A DNA stretch of 64,000 nucleotides. It comes from Alphaproteobacteria bacterium (GTDB lineage: Bacteria > Pseudomonadota > Alphaproteobacteria > Bin95). The notes below the pieces were generated by a model. It ran no database searches, was not told the origin of the DNA, and was given only the letters and a program-made list of their open reading frames with translations. This document shows, in pieces, positions 57,002-64,000 of this stretch. The DNA lies in assembly GCA_963422665.1 (NCBI GenBank), contig OY730441.1, positions 2,466,489 through 2,530,488 of the forward strand. The letters are read 5' to 3'. A program made the position numbers and the translations under genes. Positions within the stretch are counted from its first letter, which is position 1. Every line of letters begins with the position of its first letter.

Positions 57002-58212
57002 CGGCAGCCCTGTCCCAGTCCGGCCCCGGCTATCGCCCGGTCCAGGTCGCGGATGAGATCGTCCGGATGTTCGAGGCCGACCGACAGGCGAATCATGTCC
57101 TCGCCGATGCCGACCGCGGCGCGCCCTTCCGGGCCGATCCGGTGGTGGGTCGTCGATGCCGGATGGGTCACGAGGCTCTTGGCGTCGCCCAGATTGTTGG
57201 AGATCGGAACCAGCCTGAGCCCGTTCAACAGGCTGAAAGCCTGCTGCCGGCCGCCGTCTATCGTGAAGGTGACGACCGTTCCGCCGTCCTTCATCTGGCG
57301 GCGCGCCAGCGCTGTCCGGGGGTGGGAGTCGAGGAAGGGATAGATGACCCGCGTCACGCCTGCGCGCCCTTCCAGCCAGCGTGCGACCTCCCTTGCCGTC
57401 CGGCACTGGCGCTCGACCCGGATCGCGAGCGTTTCCAGGCCCTTCAGCAGCACCCAGGCGTTGAAGGGGCTCATGCTGGGGCCGGTATGGCGGATGAAGG
57501 GCTGGAGGTCCCCGTCGCAGAATTTCCGGGTCCCGAGAATCGCGCCGCCGAGGCAGCGCCCCTGCCCGTCGATATGCTTGGTGGCGGAATAGACGACGAC
57601 ATCGGCGCCGAGTTCGAGCGGCCGCTGCAGCAGCGGCGTGGCGAAGACATTGTCGATCACGACCTGCGCGCCGGCGGCGTGCGCCAGTTCCGAGACCGCC
57701 TGCAGGTCGATGATGTCGAGCTGCGGATTTGTCGGCGTCTCCAGAAACACCGCCTTCGCCGGCCTGGACAGCGCCCGCTCCCAGGCCGCGAGGTCGTTGC
57801 CGTCGATCAGCTCCGTCTCGACGCCGTAGCGCGGCAGGATATGGGTGCAGACATGGGCGCAGGAGCCGAACAGCGCGCGCGAGCCGACCAGCCGGTCGCC
57901 CTTGCGCAGCAGGCCGAGCAGCGCGGTGAACACGGCCGACATGCCGCTCGCCGTCGCCGCGCCGGCCTCCGCGCCCTCAATGGCGCAGAGCCGGTCGATG
58001 AACATCTGCACCGTGGGATTGCCGTAGCGGCTGTAGATGTAGCGGTCCCGCTCACCGTCGAAGGCTTCGGCGGCCTCCTCGGCCGAGCCGTAGACATAGC
58101 CCGAGGTGAGATAGAGCGCCTCGGCGGTTTCCTCGAACTGGCTGCGCTGGATGCCGCCATGGACGGCGGTCGTGTCCGCGTGGAGCGGATCGGGCGATCG
58201 GGACATGGCCAT
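56989..58212 (-). CDS. metZ: O-succinylhomoserine sulfhydrylase / cystathionine gamma-synthase family (PLP)
   Basis: ...VYSATKHIDGQGRCLGG (PLP-Lys); TPTNPQLDIIDL; ~407 aa. Confidence 0.85.
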   Translation of the reverse strand: MAMSRSPDPLHADTTAVHGGIQRSQFEETAEALYLTSGYVYGSAEEAAEAFDGERDRYIYSRYGNPTVQMFIDRLCAIEGAEAGAATASGMSAVFTALLGLLRKGDRLVGSRALFGSCAHVCTHILPRYGVETELIDGNDLAAWERALSRPAKAVFLETPTNPQLDIIDLQAVSELAHAAGAQVVIDNVFATPLLQRPLELGADVVVYSATKHIDGQGRCLGGAILGTRKFCDGDLQPFIRHTGPSMSPFNAWVLLKGLETLAIRVERQCRTAREVARWLEGRAGVTRVIYPFLDSHPRTALARRQMKDGGTVVTFTIDGGRQQAFSLLNGLRLVPISNNLGDAKSLVTHPASTTHHRIGPEGRAAVGIGEDMIRLSVGLEHPDDLIRDLDRAIAGAGLGQGCRQPS

Positions 58213-58386
58213 CTGCCTGGGTTGCCGGTTGGCGGGCCCACGGAAATGCTTCCCGTGGCGCTTTAGCACTTGGTGACGCGGCTGCAAGCTGCCCGATCAA
58301 ATCCCGCGGAGCCGGCTCGAGCCGGCATCGGCGCTCTTATGGAACAGGGCCGTGCTTCCGTCAAGCGGAGACTCGCCCCCCATCCG

Positions 58387-59544
58387 CTACAGCCCGCTTA
58401 TCGCGGGCAGCGCCTCCTCGGAGAACAGGGTGAGGTTGGCGACCGTGTCCTCGTGGCCGAGGCAGCCGCCCTGCCCCATCATCAGCAGATGCTCGAAACC
58501 GCCGACGGCGGAGGCGAACGCCTGGACCTGCTCGACGACCTGGGCCGGGGCGCCGGCGAAGGCGACGCCGGCGGCCATATAGTCCTCGACCGCGCCGTCC
58601 TGCATCCGGGAATCGGAGCCGTCGCGGCGCTGGACCCGGAGTTCGGAACTGCTGCGGATGAGCCCCGCCATCCGCTGGGCCGGCGAATAGCCCGGCGGAT
58701 AGAAGAACTGCGGCTGAACGCGCGGCGTCGTCCGGCTGTAGTCGAGAATCTCGTGGCGCGCCGCTTTCCCTCGGCCCCCGTCTCGCCGACGCCGACAATG
58801 CAGAGATAGGCGAAACGGTCCGGCCCGGCGGCGATGCCGGCTTCTGCTGCGCTCTCCCGGTAGGCGCCATAGACCGCGGGCGTTTGGACATAGCCGGTGT
58901 TGAGCGCTGCGATGACGTAGCCCTTGCGGGCAATGCGCGCGGCCGACCCGGGGCTCGCCACCGTCATCCAGATCGGCGGGTGCGGCTGCTGCCAGGGGCG
59001 CGGCCAGACATTGACCTCCCGGTAGTGGTAGTGCCGGCCTTCCCAGTTGAACGGGCCGTCATGGGTCGTCATCGCCTTCACGATCGGGTCGTGCGCCTCC
59101 CAGAAACGCTCCTCCAGCTCCGCCGGACTGGAATTGGCGGGGTTGATCTCGAAGGGCGCGCCCTTCACGAACCCGATCTCGACGCGCCCCCCGGCTGATG
59201 ACGTCCAGCATGGCGTATTCCTCCGCAACGCGGCCTGCGTCCATGCGGTTGCCGATCGGCATGCCGAGGCAGAGCAACCGGGCGTTGCGCGTCTCGCGCG
59301 CCGGAATTGCCATCGTAATGGTGCAGAGCGATGTGGTGCAGGTCGCCGTCGCATGGTGCTCGTTCACCATGATGTTGAGGCCGAGCCGGCCGCAGAGCGC
59401 CCATTTGTCGAGATAGCGGCGATAGAGGTCGGCGCCGGTTTCGGGATCGTAAACCCGGCTCGGGATCACATTGCGCAGGCCCTCGTGCAGCGCCTCCCAG
59501 CCCGGGCGGCAGGCCATTTCGCTGAAATGCCGGACCTGCATCAT
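58387..59544 (-). pseudogene. Luciferase-like (LLM class) flavin monooxygenase split over three frames
   Basis: N-terminal part in ORF 59059..60285 (MMQVRHF...IMVNEHH), middle in 58482..59354, C-terminal in 58387..58671. Confidence 0.55.
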
Positions 59545-59837
59545 GCGCTCTCCAGAAAGGCCTCGACCGCCGCGGCAGTCGCGCCGGCCTGTTCGATATG
59601 GGGATAGTGGCCGGCGGCCGGGATCGTCCGGAACCGGGCGTCCGGCAGCCGGGCCGCCAGCCGGCGCCCGTATTCCGGCGCGGCGAAGCCGTCGCTTTCG
59701 CCCCGGAGCAGGAGCGGCGGCGCGGTGCAGCCACTTCGCCAGCAGGGGGTTGTGCATATAGGGCTTCCAGCCGTACCAGGCCGCCCACTGGCACTCCAGC
59801 GCGAGCGCCTCAACCGCCGCCTCGTCGAGCGCGGCAT
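59541..59837 (-). pseudogene. C-terminal fragment of an alpha/beta hydrolase
   Basis: ...LLLRGESDGFAAPEYGRRLAARLPDARFRTIPAAGHYPHIEQ; N-terminal region displaced by a transposase fragment. Confidence 0.4.
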
Positions 59838-59989
59838 GGTCGGGCGCCCAGCGGGCGGGATCGTGGAAGAGCGTGAGGGCCGCCTCGGCCTCCTGCATGA
59901 AGGGGAGGTCGGCGAAGTCCCGTTCCTCGCGCCCCGAGAGCTTGATGCCGACCGGGGCCATCAGCGCCATCCGTCCTGTGCGCGAGCGG

Positions 59990-60285
59990 GCGCGCACCGC
60001 CATTTCGAGCGCCTCCACGAAGCGCCCCAGGCAGGCCGCAAACGCCTCCGGGTCCGGAAAACGGAATACACCGCTGAAGGCGTCATGGCTCGGCAAGCCG
60101 GTCTCAAGACTCGGAAACTCACGCAGAAGACCCTCCCGATCCCCGGCGAAATCCGCAAAGTCCACGCAACTGTCGCAGCCGCACACCGACCCCACCAACG
60201 CAATCGTCAAAATGTCCACAAGATCGTGGCGACGCGCATTCCCAAGCCGCGGGTCGGGAACATCCCGTAAAATCCACACAATCAA
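59990..60285 (-). mobile_element. ISAs1-family transposase N-terminal fragment (remnant)
   Basis: VPDPRLGNARRHDLVDILTIALVGSVCGCDSCVDFADFAGDREGLLREF...GLPSHDAFSGVFRF matches the ISAs1 H-repeat N-terminus, then the frame diverges. Confidence 0.45.
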
Positions 60286-60470
60286 TGCTATCCGATCCTA
60301 CCCCCTTGAAACCATCCAGACCCCCCTCAAATCCCCGATCTGCACACTTGGTCCCAAATGCGATTCCCCTGCGAAACCGGGGCCAAGTCGTGCGTTTTCC
60401 TCCGATGCCACCTTGCCCGGCCGGTAAACCGGATGCACGGCCTCTTCCTGACGCGGATCTCGCTTCCCAG

Positions 60471-61082
60471 TTATGGCAAGACACCCGCCGGGACCAGAGG
60501 GACGGCGGGGACGCCGCGTCCCTGCCTCAGGACGTTGAGCGGGTCGCGCTCATAGTATGGCGCGCCACTCGACATCTCCCTTTCGAGGTCCTTCATGGGG
60601 AGAATTGCGATCCCCACGTCGATTATGCCCGAGACATACAAGCTCAGGCGCTTCACGAACAGGTCATGCGCCACGAAGGCATACTTGCCGAACTGGACCT
60701 CGACGGCGACTCGTCCTTTCACGAAGTCGGTCCGGTTGTAAGACATGATCGGCTTATGCTCGGCCGCCTCGATAGCGGCCTTCTGTTCGTCAGCGGGCAG
60801 CCCATAGATGCCGCGCAACAGCCGTTCGTCCTCCGTTACCCAGAAGGTGTTGCGGCGCTCTTCCCGGTCCAGGGCTTTCAGTCCGCTCTTGAATGCGGCG
60901 TTCATATCCGGGGGTGAATAGAGCATCCGGCCGCGTATCGCCTTCTCTCTGTACACTTTCGCCTTGCAGGCTTGCGCGTCCACGCCGGCGATAACGGCCT
61001 GAACCTCGCGCCAGAGTTTCCGCCGGTGAACCAGCAGATATTCTTCGTCGTTCAGGTGGGAGTATTTGGCCCCGATCCGCAT
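60471..61082 (-). CDS. Putative type II restriction endonuclease (low GC)
   Basis: 203 aa from MRIGAKYSH, ATGA overlap with the upstream DNA methyltransferase; lower GC than flanks. Confidence 0.45.
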   Translation of the reverse strand: MRIGAKYSHLNDEEYLLVHRRKLWREVQAVIAGVDAQACKAKVYREKAIRGRMLYSPPDMNAAFKSGLKALDREERRNTFWVTEDERLLRGIYGLPADEQKAAIEAAEHKPIMSYNRTDFVKGRVAVEVQFGKYAFVAHDLFVKRLSLYVSGIIDVGIAILPMKDLEREMSSGAPYYERDPLNVLRQGRGVPAVPLVPAGVLP

Positions 61083-61921
61083 CAATGCCCACCGTTGGGC
61101 AATGCCGGATCGTAGATCGGTTTGCCCATCGGGCGCGTTCTCAGCGTTCCTTCCTGCAATCGGTCGATCCGGTCGCGTGCGATCTCGATATACCGGCGCA
61201 CGGCGTCGCAGCCCCAGGCCGACCGCCCGTGCCTGAGCGCTGCGACGGCGGACGAGCCGACGCCGAGATAGGGGTCGAACACTGCGTCCCCCTTGTCCGT
61301 CATGGACAGGACCAGCCGTTCCACGAGCTCGACGGGGAACTGGCGCGGGTGGACGGTCTTCTCCGGGTGGTTGTTCTCCACATTCGGGAACTGCCACACA
61401 TCGGACGGGTTCTTGCCCTTCGGATTGCCCGACAATTCCCCGGCGCGCGGCCCCTTGAAGTGCCGCTTGCCGGGATATTTCGACGGCATTCGAATCGGGT
61501 CCAGATTCCAGGTGCAGCTGTCGCCTTTCGTCCACCAGTTGACAGTCTCGTAACGCCCGGACAGGCGCTTCGAGCAATGCAGCCCGTGCCCGAAATGCCA
61601 GACGATGCGATTGCGCAGCTTCAGCCCCTGCTCGACGAAAACCGGGTAGAGGATCGAGTCGAGCGGGAAGATTTCGCCATTGACGACACTGTTGCCGACC
61701 TGCCAGCAGAGCGAGCCGCCGTCATGCAGCAGCCGGACGCATTCCCCGATCACGCGCCGCTGGCTCTCGACCCAGGCGTCCAGGGACAGCCGCGCGCGCT
61801 CATACGACTTGCCGAGATTGTAGGGCGGCGAAGTGACGATCGGCTTGAACGCGCCGTCCTCGATGCCTTCCATGAAGTCGAGATTGTCCGCACACTCGAT
61901 GACGGCCCGCACGCCTGTCAT
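61082..61921 (-). CDS. DNA methyltransferase, beta-class N4-cytosine/N6-adenine (SPPY)
   Basis: motif IV TSPPYNL near N-terminus, motif I FDPYLGVGSSAVAA near C-terminus; 279 aa. Confidence 0.8.
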   Translation of the reverse strand: MTGVRAVIECADNLDFMEGIEDGAFKPIVTSPPYNLGKSYERARLSLDAWVESQRRVIGECVRLLHDGGSLCWQVGNSVVNGEIFPLDSILYPVFVEQGLKLRNRIVWHFGHGLHCSKRLSGRYETVNWWTKGDSCTWNLDPIRMPSKYPGKRHFKGPRAGELSGNPKGKNPSDVWQFPNVENNHPEKTVHPRQFPVELVERLVLSMTDKGDAVFDPYLGVGSSAVAALRHGRSAWGCDAVRRYIEIARDRIDRLQEGTLRTRPMGKPIYDPALPNGGH

Positions 61922-62172
61922 GCGCTTCGCGCTCCCGACCCCGGACCGTTGTCGGCGACAGGCTCGCGACAGCCGCCATGCCCGCCCGTGCGCATCGCGG
62001 TTCCCTCCCCTGCACGATCATGAATGAACGATTGCAGGGTTTCGCCTTCCGTGGGAGCGACAAGCTGTGCATGAATGCGGTTTGCCGCGCGATTGCCGAT
62101 GCCCGCAACCGCTGTTCTCCCCGCGGCTCCCCGGCCCGCAAGCTCGCGCCTCCCCGTCCCGGGCATGGCGCC

Positions 62173-62424
62173 CTACCGCCGCCCGGCCTTCCGTTTGCGG
62201 TAGAGGCGGGCGAGGCGGCGGTCGCGGTCCATGCCGTGGCGTTTCAGGAAACGCTGCACCGCGGTCGCGTGGAACGCCGGCCCCTCGGCGGCGAGCGCGT
62301 CGCGCAGCCCTTGCATGGAAATCGCCGGTCGCGCCGCCAGGATGCGGAAAATGCGCTCCCGTTCCGGCTCGATCCGCGAGTCGCTGCCGCCGGACATCGG
62401 GTCCGGATCGTCGCCTCTCTTCAA
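62173..62424 (-). mobile_element. IS630-family transposase N-terminal HTH fragment (remnant)
   Basis: ...IEPERERIFRILAARPAISMQGLRDALAAEGPAFHATAVQRFLKRHGMD; only 83 aa, no DDE domain follows. Confidence 0.45.
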
Positions 62425-62442
62425 TACAGGCCGGCAGCGCGT

Positions 62443-63636
62443 TCAGATCACTCCCTGCTCCCGCAGCCGCGCCGCGGTCCGGGCATCGACGCCGCAATGT
62501 TCGGCCAGCACCTCGTCCGTGTGCTCGCTCAGCGTGGGCGGGCGGCGGATTTCGGCGGGCGAGTCGGAGAGCTTGATCGGGCAGCCGACTGTCTTGTAGG
62601 CGCCGCGGCCGGGGTAATCGACATCGACGATCATGTTCCGCTCGCTCAGATGCGGGTCGGCCAGCACTTCGCCGGTATCCTGGCAGGCCCCGCAGGGTAC
62701 GCCGGCGGCGCCAAGCAGTTTCATCACCTCGAACTTGCCCCGCCGACGGGTCCAGCTTTCGACCAGCGCATTGTATTCCTCGCGGTGTTCCCAGCGGCCT
62801 GCCGGCGTCTCGAAACGCGCATCGTCGAGCTCCGGCATGTCCAGCACGCGCCGGAAGCCCTCGTACATCTGCGGCTGGCAGAAGATATAGACATAGTCGT
62901 TCGGCCCGCCCGGCGCGCAGGCGAAGGTGGAGCCGGGCACGGTCTGGCCGAGCTGGTTGCCGCGCCGTGGCTGCACCATGCCCTGTCGCTGGTGGTCGCG
63001 CAGGCTGACCCGCAGGATGTTGACCACTGCCTCCTGCATCGCGACCTCGACCTTCTGGCCCCGGCCCGTCGCATGGCGCTGCTGCAGCGCGGCGAGCAGG
63101 CCGACGGCGAGATGCATGCCGGTGCCGGAATCGCCGATGGCCGGCCAGGTGTAGGTCGGCGGGTTCTCCGGGAAGCCGGTGACGCTCATCGCCCCGCCCA
63201 TGGCCTGCGCGATGGGCTCGAACGCCTTGTAGCCGGAGTTGGGGCCATAGCTGCCGAAGCCCTTGATGGCGCCGTAGATGAGGCGCGGATTGATCGCCGC
63301 AAGCACCTCGTAGCCGAGGCCCAGCCGGTCGAGCGCGCCCGGCGAAAAGTTCTCGACCAGCATGTCCACCTCGGCGACCAGCTTCCTGAACAGCGCCTTG
63401 CCTTCCCCGGTCTTGAGGTTGAGCGTCAGGCTCTTCTTGTTGGCGTTCAGCACAAGGAAGAACAGCCCGTCCTGGCCCGGGATATCGGGCATCGCCCGGC
63501 GCGCAGCCTCGCCCTTGCCCGGCTCCTCCAGCTTGATGACCTCCGCGCCCAGCCAGGCCAGCACCTGCGTACAGGCCGGGCCCGCCTGGTTGTGGGTCAT
63601 GTCGATAATTCTGACGCCGTTCAGGGCCGCGCTCAT
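62443..63636 (-). CDS. frc: Formyl-CoA transferase (CoA-transferase family III)
   Basis: GVRIIDMTHNQAGPACTQVLAWLGAEVIKLE ... VENFSPGALDRLG ... GDSGTGMHLAVGLLAAL ... GRGQKVEVAMQEAV ... LGEHTDEVL closely tracks Oxalobacter Frc. Confidence 0.85.
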   Translation of the reverse strand: MSAALNGVRIIDMTHNQAGPACTQVLAWLGAEVIKLEEPGKGEAARRAMPDIPGQDGLFFLVLNANKKSLTLNLKTGEGKALFRKLVAEVDMLVENFSPGALDRLGLGYEVLAAINPRLIYGAIKGFGSYGPNSGYKAFEPIAQAMGGAMSVTGFPENPPTYTWPAIGDSGTGMHLAVGLLAALQQRHATGRGQKVEVAMQEAVVNILRVSLRDHQRQGMVQPRRGNQLGQTVPGSTFACAPGGPNDYVYIFCQPQMYEGFRRVLDMPELDDARFETPAGRWEHREEYNALVESWTRRRGKFEVMKLLGAAGVPCGACQDTGEVLADPHLSERNMIVDVDYPGRGAYKTVGCPIKLSDSPAEIRRPPTLSEHTDEVLAEHCGVDARTAARLREQGVI

Positions 63637-63674
63637 CGGGGGCCGCTCCTCCTTGTCCTCATTGCCGCGCCGGC

Positions 63675-64000
63675 TATGCTCGCCGCCATGACGCAGCAAA
63701 TCACGGACCCGGTCAACGGGGCCGCCTTCGCGGTCGGCGGCTGGGAGATAGACATCCTCGTCACCGGCTTCCCCGGCAAATCGGTTCGCCACGGTTCGCT
63801 CGGCTGGAGCACCGTCGCGCCGATCCGTCACGGGGACCGGCTGGCGCTGGTGGATTGAGGCGCGTTCGGCCACCGCAAACTGCTCGCGGCCGAACTGGAA
63901 CGGCGCGGCCTCAAGCCTTCGGACATCACCGACCTGCTGCTGACCCACACGCATTACGACCACGCGGTCAACTGGGTGCTGTTCCCGAAGGCGCGGGTGG
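63675..64000 (+). pseudogene. MBL-fold metallo-hydrolase, partial at window edge, with in-frame TGA
   Basis: ...GDRLALVD-TGA-GAFG...LLLTHTHYDHAVNW; stop at ~63856 sits exactly where MBL proteins have the LxDTG motif. Confidence 0.4.

Noticed and set aside
63856-63858. Selenocysteine reading of the in-frame TGA in the MBL-fold gene
   Set aside because: No SECIS-like hairpin is apparent immediately downstream, and MBL hydrolases are not known selenoproteins. A nonsense mutation or sequencing error is more parsimonious.
1-64000. CRISPR arrays, rRNA, tRNA at the island junction
   Set aside because: No regularly spaced direct repeats were seen. I cannot reliably detect tRNA cloverleafs by eye in 64 kb, so none is claimed; the 39,900 junction looks like a truncated protein gene rather than a tRNA.

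Overview
High-GC (about 68%) alphaproteobacterial-type DNA in two parts. (1) Bases ~1-39,900 form one minus-strand supercluster of roughly 40 genes, most junctions joined by 1-4 nt stop/start overlaps (TGATG, ATGA, GTGA). I read it as a Dot/Icm-like (type IVB, IncI/R64-like) conjugative secretion system fused to an R64-type thin-pilus locus. The T4SS part holds a TraG/VirD4-type coupling protein, a DotO/VirB4-family ATPase, a DotB/PilT-like ATPase and IcmT-, DotI-, DotH(VirB9)-, DotG(VirB10)-like genes. It also has a DotD-like lipoprotein, a DotC-position protein and a DotA/TraY-like polytopic protein, in Legionella-like order. The pilus part holds a lipoprotein secretin, PilO- and PilP-like proteins, a GspE-family ATPase, a GspF-family platform protein, a pilin, two PilV-like paralogues and a prepilin peptidase. 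Embedded in the cluster are two TbpB-like surface lipoproteins, an operonic polyprenyl-diphosphate synthase plus CFA-synthase-type SAM methyltransferase, a low-GC lipoprotein and two plus-strand tail-anchored mini-proteins. The cluster ends at ~39,900, where it truncates a D-aminoacylase gene, and it continues past the left window edge. (2) Bases 39,900-64,000 carry ordinary metabolic genes: a Baeyer-Villiger monooxygenase, YcgN, YgjP, D-carbamoylase, an aminotransferase, a sugar ABC transporter, a PhyH dioxygenase, MetZ and formyl-CoA transferase. These are interspersed with decay: a frameshifted parE next to an intact parD, a multiply frameshifted luciferase-like (LLM) monooxygenase, ISAs1 and IS630 transposase fragments, and an MBL-fold gene with an in-frame TGA. 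A low-GC type II R-M pair is also present. I found no CRISPR array and no rRNA; I could not reliably scan for tRNA by eye. Family assignments are from motif and architecture recognition only and should be confirmed with profile searches.
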